DNA from: an uncultured Nitrospiraceae bacterium
GTDB lineage: Bacteria; Nitrospirota; Thermodesulfovibrionia; Thermodesulfovibrionales; Dissulfurispiraceae
Length of the DNA: 64,000 nucleotides
Direction: 5' to 3'
NCBI GenBank assembly: GCA_963705105.1
Contig: CAVPIW010000009.1
Span: forward strand, 32,001 to 96,000
In this document: positions 8,402 through 18,741 of the stretch, one piece after another
Layout: each line of letters opens with the position of its first letter
How positions within the stretch are numbered: the first letter of the stretch is position 1
Position numbers and translations under genes: made by a program
The notes under the pieces: model-generated
What the model was told of the DNA's origin: nothing
Databases searched by the model: none
The model's input: only the letters and a program-made list of their open reading frames with translations

Positions 8402-9415
8402 TCAAAGGGGCAGGTATGCCTTGGGGTTGAGATCGGCGGGAGCGTAATCGCCCCTCACGGCATGGTGATAGCCCGCCGCGGCGATCATCGCTGCGTTGTC
8501 GGTGCAAAAGGGCAGGGACGGCAGGTAGAGTTCGATGCCGCGTTCATCGGCCATCTCCTGCATTTTCCTCCTCAGGGCGCTGTTTGCCGCCACGCCTCCC
8601 GAAAGGGTCACTCTGCCGATGCCCTTCCTGACGATGGCCCATTCGACCTTGCGGACGAGGACATCGACGACGGAGGACTGGAACGAGGCGGCAATGTCAG
8701 CAATGACATCACCATCCGGTTGTGCGCCGTGATCCGTCAGGCCCAGTTCCCTGAGTTTCACCTTGACGGCCGTCTTCAGGCCGCTGAAACTGAAGTCAAA
8801 CGATTCCGGCACATAGGCCCGGGGAAATTTGAAGGCCCCGGGGTTTCCCCTCCCGGCGAGCCTGTCGATGACGGGACCTCCCGGATACCCGATGCCGAGG
8901 AGCTTCGCGACCTTGTCATAGGCCTCCCCTGCCGCGTCGTCACGGGTCCTGCCGAGTTCTTCGTAAGCGCCGAACCCCCTGACGATATGGAGACTCGTAT
9001 GGCCTCCCGAGGCGATGAGGGAGAGGAAGGGAAAGTCGGGCTTCCGTTCTTCGAGGAAAACGGAGAAGATATGCCCTTCGAGGTGGTTGACGGCGACGAG
9101 GGGAATGCCCCTGACATATCCGACGGCCTTGGCAAAGCCGCACCCGACGAGCAGCGATCCGATCAGGCCGGGCCCGTGACACACGGCGACGGCGTCAATC
9201 CCGTCGAGGCTCTGCCCGGAAGCACTGAGAGCCTCGGTGACGACGGGCCAGATCATCTCGATGTGGCGTCTCGACGCGAGCTCGGGGACGATGCCGCCGT
9301 ACTTCGCGTGGATGGCGGTCTGTGAGGAGACGATGTTGGAGAGAATCAGATGGCCGTCTGCGACGACGGCCGCAGAGGTGTCGTCACAGGACGTATCGAT
9401 GCCGAGAATAAACAT
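8402..9415 (-). CDS. tsaD: tRNA threonylcarbamoyladenosine biosynthesis protein TsaD
   Basis: LGIDTSCDDT, GGIVPELASRRH, NHLEGH, SGGHT, DDAAGEAYDK, TDNAAMIA. Confidence 0.97.
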   Translation of the reverse strand: MFILGIDTSCDDTSAAVVADGHLILSNIVSSQTAIHAKYGGIVPELASRRHIEMIWPVVTEALSASGQSLDGIDAVAVCHGPGLIGSLLVGCGFAKAVGYVRGIPLVAVNHLEGHIFSVFLEERKPDFPFLSLIASGGHTSLHIVRGFGAYEELGRTRDDAAGEAYDKVAKLLGIGYPGGPVIDRLAGRGNPGAFKFPRAYVPESFDFSFSGLKTAVKVKLRELGLTDHGAQPDGDVIADIAASFQSSVVDVLVRKVEWAIVRKGIGRVTLSGGVAANSALRRKMQEMADERGIELYLPSLPFCTDNAAMIAAAGYHHAVRGDYAPADLNPKAYLPL

Positions 9416-9467
9416 ACGGGTTTCAGGTCTCAGGACAAAGGACTCAGGACTGAGGCGGCAGTCTCAA

Positions 9468-9822
9468 CCCTGCAGTTGCATGAAAAGGCGGGGCAAAGCG
9501 CCTCAAGGCCTCGCTGATCGCGACAATGATTATTGCAGGGTCTGCTCCCCGAGCAGACCGCTTCCTCGTCTTCATTCCATGCACTGTTCTGCCGGGAAGG
9601 CAAATATGGTACAAAGCCTTTCCAACGCGATGATGAGACATCTCAAGGTGTTCAGCGCCTGTTGCCTGACGGGCTTTTGTCATCAACAGACACGGCATAG
9701 GGTGGTCTGGGGACAAACAAGGTATCTCAGCGGAAAGGCTTTTCACCACATCAGCCTTCCCGTCGGGCGTTCTTATGATGGCGCCTTCGCCCCGCCTTTC
9801 GGTCGGGCGCATGCAACATCAC
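9468..9822 (-). mobile_element. MITE-like repeat, subtype C (long)
   Basis: CCCTGCAGTTGCATGAAAAGGCGGGGC...CGCCCCGCCTTTC...ATGCAAC. The interior matches 27268-27554 in reverse orientation. Confidence 0.85.
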
Positions 9823-9827
9823 GCCTT

Positions 9828-10913
9828 CTACATGCCTCCGTAGGAATGGAGACCGCTCAGGAGCAGGTTGACGCCGAGATAGGTGAAAATAGTGCAGGCG
9901 AAACCGATGACGGCCACGAAGGCGATCTTCGCGCCTCTCCATCCCCTGAGGAAACGGGCATGGAGATAAAAGGCATAGACGAACCAGGTGATGAGGGACC
10001 ATGTCTCTTTCGGGTCCCAGCCCCAGTACTTTCCCCAGGCCTGGTCCGCCCAGATTGCCCCGAAGATGAGGCCGCCGAGGGTAAAGACGGGAAAACCGAT
10101 GGCAATGCTCTTGTACGTGAGTTCCTCGAGCATGTCGCCGGAGAGTGAAAACGACGAGATCAGCTTCTTCAGCAGGTATCCGAACCTCCAGAAGACAAAG
10201 AGGAGCCCCGCCGCCGCCAGGGTGCTGAGGGCGACAACAATGCCGGAATCGCTCCGGAACGTCGCCTTGAAAAGGTAGCTCTTGATGAAGGCCTCGGGCC
10301 TCGAGGCGACGACCTTGAAGGCGAGGAGGTCGATGACCATGGCGACGAGGATGATGGCGAAGAGCCCCAGCGTGATGGTCCAGAAGGCATAGGACGCACC
10401 CTTCCGGTCCTCGGAGGTGACGGCGAGATACATGATCGCCGTCGAGAAGGAAATGGCGAAAGTCGCGTAGGCCAGGAAGCTCATCGTCACGTGCGCCAGG
10501 AGCCAGTTGCTCTGGAGAGCGGGGATGAGGGGGTGGATGTCCTTGGACATGCCCGAAATATCGATAAAGGCGAGGGCCATGCCTGCGATAGGCGTGATGA
10601 AGGCGCCGAAAGAGCGGTTCTTGTACATGAACTCGATGATGAGGTACCCCAGCATGAGGCACCAGACGAAAAAGATGAGCGACTCGTAGAGGTTCGTCAG
10701 GGGTATGGACCTGAGCACCCCCATCCTGCCGATATCGTAGAACTCCTTCCAGCGCATGAAAAAGGCGACCGTATGAGAGACGAAGCCGATGACGGTCAGC
10801 GAGGTCGCAACGATGCCGACGGTCGAATTCCTGATGACGAGATAGGAGATGTACGCCACCATGGCGAGTATATATGCAATGCTTGAGATGCCGAAGAATT
10901 GGGAACTGTCCAT
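9828..10913 (-). CDS. ccsA: Cytochrome c biogenesis system II protein CcsA/ResC (WWD domain)
   Basis: PALQSNWLLAHV, GAIWADQAWGKYWGWDPKETWS, GLHSY. Confidence 0.93.
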   Translation of the reverse strand: MDSSQFFGISSIAYILAMVAYISYLVIRNSTVGIVATSLTVIGFVSHTVAFFMRWKEFYDIGRMGVLRSIPLTNLYESLIFFVWCLMLGYLIIEFMYKNRSFGAFITPIAGMALAFIDISGMSKDIHPLIPALQSNWLLAHVTMSFLAYATFAISFSTAIMYLAVTSEDRKGASYAFWTITLGLFAIILVAMVIDLLAFKVVASRPEAFIKSYLFKATFRSDSGIVVALSTLAAAGLLFVFWRFGYLLKKLISSFSLSGDMLEELTYKSIAIGFPVFTLGGLIFGAIWADQAWGKYWGWDPKETWSLITWFVYAFYLHARFLRGWRGAKIAFVAVIGFACTIFTYLGVNLLLSGLHSYGGM

Positions 10914-10959
10914 TTATGCCCTCCCTGGAATTCTGCCCTGCCGTTTGCGCCGTCTCATG

Positions 10960-12384
10960 CTATTTCTGTCCGGCTGCGTCCTTCATGATCGAGTCTATCT
11001 TCTGCTCGAAGGATATCCTATTCTTCGTAACCGATCCCGCGAGGTTGACCTTCGTCCCTCCCTTTTCCTCCCGGAGCATCACCCAGACCCTCTCGTGCCT
11101 CATGAAGAAGCAGGCGTACAATCCCACTGACATGAGCAGGCAACCGAGATAGACGAGCCAGACGCCGGGGTCCTTCCGCACCTGCAGTCCCGTGTACTGG
11201 GCGCCCCAGAGGTCCCTGAATTCGACGGTCCCGTCCTGGACGGTCCAGGTCTGCGGATACCTCCGGAGAATCCACTGGCTGTATTTGGGCTTCCCCTGTT
11301 CGGAAAATTCGACAAAGACGGCGGGGTTGTTCATCATTTCGGCATACGTGAAAGGCCTGCCCGCTTCGTCGATCCCGAGGGCGGGTGTGAAGTCCGCCAC
11401 CTTTCCCGCCACCTCGGTGCCGGGTATCGTGAAGGATTCTCCGAACTTGAGCTGCACGTCTTCCCTCTTGCCGCCTTTCGACGTCACGGAGAACCGGAAG
11501 AGCGAGTCGCGGTTGGGATTGAAACCGTAGCTCGACTGGTAGAATGTGATGCCGCGGTACGTGAGGGGGGTGTTGACCTCGATCTCCTGTTTCATCACTT
11601 CCCGGCCGTTCTCGATGATGGTCAGTATGCTCATGTACGTTTTCGGCGTATCGGAGCCCTCGTAAAAACTGACGTCGAAGTCGTCGCACCGGACCATGAA
11701 GCCCAGGGGGACTTCCTTCCCGGGCCCCTCATAGGCGACGGCGGATATCATACCCTCCAGCAGGTTCAGACGGGCGTTGAAGCCGAAGAAGATGCCCACG
11801 ACGGCCCCGATCAGGATCAGCAGGACGCTCAGGTGCGTGACGTAGACGCCGAGCCTGCTGTACCGGAACCGCTCCGCATAGAGCTGAAGCGTTCCTCCTT
11901 CCTGGTGTAACGCCGGCTTGTACCCACCCTTCTTCAGGGCCGCCTCGACCTTCTCCCTCGCCTGATCGGCCTTGCCCTTTATGACGGCCTCTCTCCGGAG
12001 CCGCAAGCCCTTCAGCCTTTCCTCGGTGATCGGCTGGACCGGATCCTTCACCAGCTTCCAGATTTTCGGGAGCCTCTCGAGGCTGCAGACGATGAGGTTC
12101 ATCGCAAAGAGGAAAAGGAGAGAGATGAACCACCAGGAGTGGTACATGTCCGTGAACCCCAGGGCATCGACGACGCGGAAGATGGAGGGGGCCGACGATT
12201 CGCCGAAGAGCTTCGCCAGGAGCTTCAGGTTCCTCTGGGGGTCCGCCTGCTGCTCGATGACCGTCCCGACGATCGAACTGAGCGAAATGACCGTGAAGAC
12301 GACGATCGCGAGGGTTATCGAGGAGAAAAAATTCCAGATCCTGTCTATGATGGACACCTGCTGTACGGTCGTATCCTGCCCCAC
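10960..12384 (-). CDS. resB: Cytochrome c biogenesis protein ResB/Ccs1
   Basis: SIVGTVIEQ, DMYHSWWF, NLIVCS, YVTHLS, VNTPL..GITFYQSSY, YTGLQVRKDPG. Confidence 0.93.
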   Translation of the reverse strand: MGQDTTVQQVSIIDRIWNFFSSITLAIVVFTVISLSSIVGTVIEQQADPQRNLKLLAKLFGESSAPSIFRVVDALGFTDMYHSWWFISLLFLFAMNLIVCSLERLPKIWKLVKDPVQPITEERLKGLRLRREAVIKGKADQAREKVEAALKKGGYKPALHQEGGTLQLYAERFRYSRLGVYVTHLSVLLILIGAVVGIFFGFNARLNLLEGMISAVAYEGPGKEVPLGFMVRCDDFDVSFYEGSDTPKTYMSILTIIENGREVMKQEIEVNTPLTYRGITFYQSSYGFNPNRDSLFRFSVTSKGGKREDVQLKFGESFTIPGTEVAGKVADFTPALGIDEAGRPFTYAEMMNNPAVFVEFSEQGKPKYSQWILRRYPQTWTVQDGTVEFRDLWGAQYTGLQVRKDPGVWLVYLGCLLMSVGLYACFFMRHERVWVMLREEKGGTKVNLAGSVTKNRISFEQKIDSIMKDAAGQK

Positions 12385-12563
12385 ACCGCTCTCCTCTTTA
12401 ACATCATTAATGGATTTATTTAAAAAATTTATTTTACTGAATCACCGGCCAGAAAAGCAACGATCTTCGGAGTGTCGCGTCTCAGACCGCTTCGAAGATT
12501 TCCGGGAGGCGAGGGCCGACTGATGCCGATTTTGTGAGTCAGGCCCCGGCGGCGGGGAGCGTC

Positions 12564-13223
12564 TCAGGAGTGGTTGATCTTGATGATCCCCTTTTGTATG
12601 GCGAACTTGATCAGCGCCGCACGGGAATGAATGGCCAGTTTCTCCGACAGATTCGTCTGGTGGGTGATGACGGTTTTGACGCTTATATTCAGGCAGGTCG
12701 CTATTTCCTTGTGGCTGAGCCCCTCGGCGAGCAGCTTGAGCACCTGTTTTTCCCGGTCCGTCAGCCGGTCGTACGGGTCTTCCACTGTTATCTTCTTTTT
12801 GTCGAGATACCCGTCGATGACACTTGATGCGATGGTCGGATAGAGATAGCATTCCCCCCGGGCCACAGCCTTTATCGCGGCAATAAGATCGGTCCCGACG
12901 GCATGTTTCAGGATATATCCCGATACTCCCGCTTTCAGGAGACGGGAGACATACTCCTTGTCGTCGTACTGACTGAGAATCAGCACGCGTGTCTTCGGGG
13001 AGAGTTTCTTGATCTCAACCGTCGCCTCGATCCCCCCAAGGCCCGGCATGGCGATATCCATAAGCACGATATCAGGATCCAGGCGCAGGGTCTTTTCAAC
13101 CGCCTCCTTTCCGTTCGATGCCTCACCGACAACCTCGATCGTATCGTAACAACGGATCAGCGCCGATATGCCCTCTCTGACCAGGGCATGATCGTCGGCA
13201 ATCAGGATCTTTATCTTCGACAT
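12564..13223 (-). CDS. NarL/LuxR-family response regulator
   Basis: REC domain (ADDH, LMDIAMPG) plus LuxR HTH (LTDREKQVLKLLAEG). Confidence 0.95.
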   Translation of the reverse strand: MSKIKILIADDHALVREGISALIRCYDTIEVVGEASNGKEAVEKTLRLDPDIVLMDIAMPGLGGIEATVEIKKLSPKTRVLILSQYDDKEYVSRLLKAGVSGYILKHAVGTDLIAAIKAVARGECYLYPTIASSVIDGYLDKKKITVEDPYDRLTDREKQVLKLLAEGLSHKEIATCLNISVKTVITHQTNLSEKLAIHSRAALIKFAIQKGIIKINHS

Positions 13224-13277
13224 ATTGACCTCGGGCAATCCTCGCGTTGACTGTGTACGGAATTCTCCTGCTCCCCC

Positions 13278-15098
13278 CTAAACCGGGACGTATGCACTGA
13301 TCTGTGTTCCTCCTCCGGGGGTCGAGCAGATCGTCAGCCGTCCGTCGAGAAGGGAGATGCGCTCCTTCATCCCGATGAGGCCGAAGCCGGAATCGAGCGC
13401 CGAGAGCACCTTTTTGGCGTCGAACCCGACACCGTCGTCCTCGATTTCGACTTCGATATAGGACCCCCTGAAAATGAGCGACACGAACACGTTTTCGGCG
13501 TGGGCATACTTGCTTATATTGATGACCGCCTCCTGGATGACCCTGAAGAGGATCAACTCGATCTCCCTGCAGTTGAAGATCCCCAGGTCCTCGTCCCGCA
13601 GGTTGCAGCTTCCCTGCAGCCTGAAATGGCAATTCACGCCCCTTTCGCCGAGATGACGGTCCATGACCCATCGGATGGCAGACTCGAGACCGAGATCGTC
13701 GAGAACGGGAGGACGGAGATCCTTGATCATCTGGTGAAGACCATGGAGGGTCGCTGTGCAGTATTCTCTCACTCTCCTGATATCCCCGCTCATTTCCAGG
13801 TTTCCGCTCAGAGACAGGCTGAGTGTGTCGAGGCTGATCAAGATCGCATTGAGGGCCTGACTCGTCTCGTCGTGCAATTCCCTGGCTATCCGCTTCCGCT
13901 CCTCCTCCTGGGCGCTGATTACCTTCAAAAGGAGAAGCGACAGCTTTTCCCTGCTTTCCTGAAGGTCCTGAGTCCGCTCCGTGACCCTGTTTTCGAGGTC
14001 CGCGGCGTGTTTTATAATGCTCTCGCGCGAGCCGAGGAGTTTCGTCCTCATGTCCTCGAAGCTCCGCGCAAGCGTCCCGATTTCGTCGGAACTTCTGACG
14101 GCGACGGGTTCGGCGAGATTTCCCTTACCGATCCTCTGGGCCGCTTCGCTGAGGGCATGAATCGGTTTCACGATGCTTCTGCTGAGCCCCACCCAGAGGA
14201 GAAAGGCCGTAAGAACGGAAATCAGGATCATCGCAAAAAATCCCTTTTTCAGCATCGCCGTCGGCTGAAAGACCCTTTCCTCGGCCTCCCTGATCGCAAC
14301 ACCCCAGGGAGCAGTGGCAAGGGGGGCGAAAGCGAGGACGTCCCGGGTCCTTTGACGCATCTCCTGCCGTCCTTCGGCGTGACAGCGGTGGCAGGTGTTG
14401 ACGGAGCTCTTCTTTCGCGCAATGAGACTGCTCAGAAAATGATTGTGGTCGCTGCTCGTCAGGATCCTTTTTGAATCGTTCGATGCGATGACGATACCCT
14501 GCCCGTCCACAAGTTCCAGGTTCATATCGGTCTCTTCGGGGATCGCTTTCATGACGCGGCTGAAGACATAGTCTGCGGGATTGATTTCACCGGCCGCCGC
14601 TCCGACGACCTCGCCGTTGCCGTCCTTCAGGGGGACGAGGACGAATATGACCTTTCTCTTCGTCCGTTCGATCGTAAACACGTCGGAAATGACGGGTTTT
14701 CTTTCCGCGAGGGTCTTGCCCACATGGGGAATGGAGAGCAGGTTCACCTGGATGCCGTCACGGTGCGGATAGGACACAAGGACATTTCCGCCCCTGTCGA
14801 GCAGGTAGACCCCGTCGGTAAAGATGGAATACTCGTAGGCGGCCTTCAGGGCCCTCTTTTCCGGTTCCCAGTCCCCGTCATGGAAATCTATCCTGCTGGC
14901 GAGAGAAATGTCATACAGACGTGTAATGTTGTTTTCAAGAATGTAATCGATGTGCTTTCCGAGGATGTCCGCCAGTGCAAGACGGCTCTCCATGGAGCGG
15001 TTGATGCTGTCCTCGACGCTCAGGTAGCTGAGCACCCCGAGGCTGACGAGTATGATCACCATGCTCAGGATGACGGCAAAGATGATTCGTCTATGCAT
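13278..15098 (-). CDS. Cache-HAMP-HisKA_3 sensor histidine kinase with a periplasmic CxxCH motif
   Basis: Two TM segments flank a Cache-like domain containing CHRCH. Then HAMP, EERKRIARELHD and DDGVGF. Confidence 0.92.
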   Translation of the reverse strand: MHRRIIFAVILSMVIILVSLGVLSYLSVEDSINRSMESRLALADILGKHIDYILENNITRLYDISLASRIDFHDGDWEPEKRALKAAYEYSIFTDGVYLLDRGGNVLVSYPHRDGIQVNLLSIPHVGKTLAERKPVISDVFTIERTKRKVIFVLVPLKDGNGEVVGAAAGEINPADYVFSRVMKAIPEETDMNLELVDGQGIVIASNDSKRILTSSDHNHFLSSLIARKKSSVNTCHRCHAEGRQEMRQRTRDVLAFAPLATAPWGVAIREAEERVFQPTAMLKKGFFAMILISVLTAFLLWVGLSRSIVKPIHALSEAAQRIGKGNLAEPVAVRSSDEIGTLARSFEDMRTKLLGSRESIIKHAADLENRVTERTQDLQESREKLSLLLLKVISAQEEERKRIARELHDETSQALNAILISLDTLSLSLSGNLEMSGDIRRVREYCTATLHGLHQMIKDLRPPVLDDLGLESAIRWVMDRHLGERGVNCHFRLQGSCNLRDEDLGIFNCREIELILFRVIQEAVINISKYAHAENVFVSLIFRGSYIEVEIEDDGVGFDAKKVLSALDSGFGLIGMKERISLLDGRLTICSTPGGGTQISAYVPV

Positions 15099-15278
15099 GG
15101 TTCATGGGCGGACTTTCGATTTGTTTCACCGGGCTTCAGATCTCTTTTGTATTATATCATTCCTCCGAAAAGGCAGTCAGCAGTCTTCACCCTGCAGCTG
15201 CTTGAAACGGCTGGACAAAGATACTGTCCTTTGCTTTTTTCGGCTGCCGACCGGGAACTGCTGACTGCTGTCAGCCCA

Positions 15279-16046
15279 TCACGGCGCCAGCATGGTGCCG
15301 TCTCCTTCATGGATCCGGGAAATGGTCTCACTTTCGGTGCTGATGAGCTCATCGACGCTGACGCCCTCTCTCCTGGCAAGCTCAATCGGGTGCTCCCTGA
15401 TCATCCGTTCGCGCGACAGATAGCCGGTGAAAATGGATGCATCGAGGGGAAAAACCTCGGGGCTGAAAATGGAGTCATAAATGTGCCATATGGCGATGAT
15501 GAGGAAAAGAAGCATTGATTCATTCGTGTGCAGGGCCTTGGCCGCCGGAATGATTTCGCCCGGCAGATACCGCGCGACAAACGCCGGAAACCAGAGCACG
15601 AGTCCCGACAGGATCATGATGACTCCTCCGCTGAGAATGCCCCAGTATTCGAACTTCTGCTTGTATGAATACCTGTCGCAAAGCGCATACCGTTGCTCCA
15701 TGCCTATGTAATACCTGATGTTCCGGACCGCGTCACTGAAATCCTTCCTGCTGATCATCATCGTGGGCTGCCACCTGCCGAAGACGAGACCACAGAAGGC
15801 AACGGCGATATGAACGATGATCTCGGCGGAAAACATCAGCCCCGTGAAGCGGTGGATCAGGCGGATCATATCGATGCCGCCCGCCTTCATGATGATCCAG
15901 ACCGACGCGTCGAGCTCATGAAATTTTTGTGACAGGCCCGTCACGATGAGGACGCCTGCAGTCATCATAAGTATGGCGTGCTCGGCGATCCTCAGGGGAT
16001 GAAACCGTCTCACCCGGCTGTTCCTGTTTTTTGCTGCGGTGCCCAT
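15279..16046 (-). CDS. Di-heme cytochrome b membrane subunit (FdnI/CbcL b-domain-like)
   Basis: RIAEH, LIHR, RYSYKQKFEYWG, ALHTNE, WHIY. Confidence 0.85.
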   Translation of the reverse strand: MGTAAKNRNSRVRRFHPLRIAEHAILMMTAGVLIVTGLSQKFHELDASVWIIMKAGGIDMIRLIHRFTGLMFSAEIIVHIAVAFCGLVFGRWQPTMMISRKDFSDAVRNIRYYIGMEQRYALCDRYSYKQKFEYWGILSGGVIMILSGLVLWFPAFVARYLPGEIIPAAKALHTNESMLLFLIIAIWHIYDSIFSPEVFPLDASIFTGYLSRERMIREHPIELARREGVSVDELISTESETISRIHEGDGTMLAP

Positions 16047-16059
16047 AAATGTCTCCTTT

Positions 16060-17493
16060 TCATCTGTTGACGGCATAACGCCATATATGGAGCAGGATCT
16101 GCAGGAGCATGCCCACGACCATCACGGGGATGAGGAACCGGTAGACCGCGTTGATGACAAACACGAGCGGGGCATGCCGCAGATCGGGCTTGTAATGGGA
16201 GAGCCAGGCATCGGGGAAGTTTTCGGCAGCGTCGGCATGACACTTCCTGCAACTCTTGACGAGGTTCTGCCGCATGACATTTGCGTTCGGCTCCACAGAG
16301 CTCGTGATGTTATGCGTGCCGTGGCAATCGGTGCAGACGGCGATCGCACGGCCCCTCTGGTCGAACTGTTCCTTCTGTTTCTTGTAGAAACTGAGCGTGA
16401 TGCCATGAAAATCAGACAGGTACGTTTTGACGACATCAGTCGACAGGCCGTACTTGCCCACGATCGATTCGTCGGAGTGACAACGGCCGCACATCTCGAC
16501 GATCCGCTCATGATATTCGAGCGTCAGAGGGCTTTTCACAGCATGGGCGCGGTGACAGTCCCTGCAGACGGGCACATCCCTGTTGCCCTCCTGAAACAGC
16601 GCCTTTCCATGCACGCTTTTGGCATACGTGTCATACACTGCTTGGTGGCAGGTCCCGCACTTCTTTGCACTTGCGGTCCTGTCCCTGCCCACGGGAAGAA
16701 TGGCATGGGAGCCATGACAGTCGACGCAGACCGGCGCACGCATGTTCCCGCGGCTGAGGGCGGAGAAGTGGATGCTTTCGAGGGTCTTCGTGTATTTGTC
16801 GAAATGGCAGCGCCTGCAGCTCTCCGACAGAGCGACGGTGAAGTCCTTTCGCGTCCTGAAATTCCGTTTCGGGTGCTCCTCCGAGGAAAAACCGAAGTGG
16901 CAGTCCGAACATCCCAGTTTTCCGTGAACGGATGCCTGGTGCTGAGCCACGTTCACCTGAACACTCATCGAACCGCCGTCCGCAAAGGCCATGCGGATGT
17001 CGCGCTGGTGGCAGCCCATGCAGTACTCACGGTCACTCCGGATGACCCGGCCGCCGCGTGCAGGTTTCATGGCATGGGGCTCGTGGCAGTGCGTGCAGGC
17101 CATCGGGCCTGATGCACCCTCGCGGGCGAAGAGCGTCTCGTGCTGGGGCTTTTCGCGGAGGGTCTCCTCGGTATGACAGCGCCGGCAGACCTGCGAGGAT
17201 TTTACGGCATACTGTTCCCTGCTCTTGAATTGCCTCTTCGGATGGTTTTCGGAGGAAAACTCGTAGTGGCAGTCGGAACAGGCGAGTTCGCGGTGGACGG
17301 AATACTGATATTTTTTCGCATCGATATATGTCGAGACCCAATCGTTGTTCTGAAATTTTACGATCCCCCCCCGCTTCCCGTGACACTCGAGACACGCCAG
17401 CGATGCCTCAGGAACCTTTGCGGCACCCTCACAGACCGTCAGGAAGACAAGACAGAAAGCGAGCGTGACAAGACCCCATTTCCGTCCATTCAT
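16060..17493 (-). CDS. Multiheme cytochrome c (13 CxxCH) with C-terminal membrane anchor
   Basis: Signal peptide, 13 counted CxxCH motifs, repeated SVH motifs and a C-terminal TM helix. Confidence 0.92.
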   Translation of the reverse strand: MNGRKWGLVTLAFCLVFLTVCEGAAKVPEASLACLECHGKRGGIVKFQNNDWVSTYIDAKKYQYSVHRELACSDCHYEFSSENHPKRQFKSREQYAVKSSQVCRRCHTEETLREKPQHETLFAREGASGPMACTHCHEPHAMKPARGGRVIRSDREYCMGCHQRDIRMAFADGGSMSVQVNVAQHQASVHGKLGCSDCHFGFSSEEHPKRNFRTRKDFTVALSESCRRCHFDKYTKTLESIHFSALSRGNMRAPVCVDCHGSHAILPVGRDRTASAKKCGTCHQAVYDTYAKSVHGKALFQEGNRDVPVCRDCHRAHAVKSPLTLEYHERIVEMCGRCHSDESIVGKYGLSTDVVKTYLSDFHGITLSFYKKQKEQFDQRGRAIAVCTDCHGTHNITSSVEPNANVMRQNLVKSCRKCHADAAENFPDAWLSHYKPDLRHAPLVFVINAVYRFLIPVMVVGMLLQILLHIWRYAVNR

Positions 17494-17511
17494 GGGACAC
17501 CCCCGCTCCCC

Positions 17512-18741
17512 TCACTCCTCGGGTTCCCGCAGAACCGGCATCCTGTTCAGTATCCACCGGAACACGAGAATGTGTATCGTCGTGAGCGTGAGAGCCATGA
17601 CAGACTCCCGCCACGGCGGGATAATGTGATGGAGGTGATCGGGCAGAAACCAGTTAAATGTGATGACCGACAGGTTAAGCCTGTTCAGGATGACCCCCAC
17701 AAGGGCCATGACGGCGGCAAACCGGACGATGCGGGCACTCTTCTGCTTGACGCCATGGGTCATGATAATTCCCGGCAGGAGAATGAAACCCAGTATCTCG
17801 ACAAGGAACCAGTAACCGTAAGGAGAGGCCAGAAGCGCCCAATTGTCGTCATGGGCGACGCCGATGACCCGAAGGGCAAAGAGCACGTACATGGCGACAC
17901 ATGCGGCCTTCCCCATCCCGACGGTCAGGCCGTCGAGGTCGCCGAGGAAATGATGATCGGCCCTGTGCGGTAAAAACCGGGCGCACAGGGTGCTCACGAC
18001 GATGACCATGCACAGTCCCGCGTAGATGCTCGACATGAAATGAAACACGGGGATGAAGGCGGAATACCAGAGCGGATGGATCTTTCCAGGCGCGAGGAGA
18101 AAGAGGGCGCCCAGGGCCGACTGGTGAAGCGTCGAGAGCATGACGCCCGCGACGGTCATGCCGATTGTGATCATGAGCGCCCATTTCCGCGCCCGCCTCG
18201 CCCGGACCCATTCGAAGATGGCGGGGCTGAACTCGAGCAACTGAACGGTGAGATAGAGGGCCACATGCCAGGCGACAAGGAAAAGCACGGACAGCGGCCC
18301 GTACGTCACCGTCATGGGATAGTAAATCCTCCACGGCCTGCCCAGGTCCGTCAGGAGGTAGATGACGGCGAAGAGATACCCGAGAAAACCCGTGAGCACG
18401 GCGAGCCTCACGAGGGGGTGATATTTTTCGAATCCAAAGATGTACACGGCCGTCGCCAGCACGTATCCCGTCGCCGAGAGCGGGACGGCCGAAAAGAGTC
18501 CGAAGCCGAGAAGCAAACCCCAGGGGTAATCGTTCGAGGCGTGTGTCGCGAAGGCGAGGCCTTCGGCAAAGCGGATAACGATGACCGGTATGCCAACCGC
18601 GAGGATGGCGGCTGCGATCAGATTGAAAGGTGTAATCAGGTTTCTTGAGTATTCCGACCAGGACATGCCCATGAGCAGCCTGTCCATGAACCAGGACCGG
18701 AAATTCTCTCCCGTCCTGACGACAGAGTCATCCCTATTCAT
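17512..18741 (-). CDS. NrfD/PsrC-family membrane subunit (HmcC/HybB-like)
   Basis: YPWGL, DLGRPWR, LSTLHQSALG, KIHPLWYS, NR near the C-terminus. Confidence 0.9.
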   Translation of the reverse strand: MNRDDSVVRTGENFRSWFMDRLLMGMSWSEYSRNLITPFNLIAAAILAVGIPVIVIRFAEGLAFATHASNDYPWGLLLGFGLFSAVPLSATGYVLATAVYIFGFEKYHPLVRLAVLTGFLGYLFAVIYLLTDLGRPWRIYYPMTVTYGPLSVLFLVAWHVALYLTVQLLEFSPAIFEWVRARRARKWALMITIGMTVAGVMLSTLHQSALGALFLLAPGKIHPLWYSAFIPVFHFMSSIYAGLCMVIVVSTLCARFLPHRADHHFLGDLDGLTVGMGKAACVAMYVLFALRVIGVAHDDNWALLASPYGYWFLVEILGFILLPGIIMTHGVKQKSARIVRFAAVMALVGVILNRLNLSVITFNWFLPDHLHHIIPPWRESVMALTLTTIHILVFRWILNRMPVLREPEE

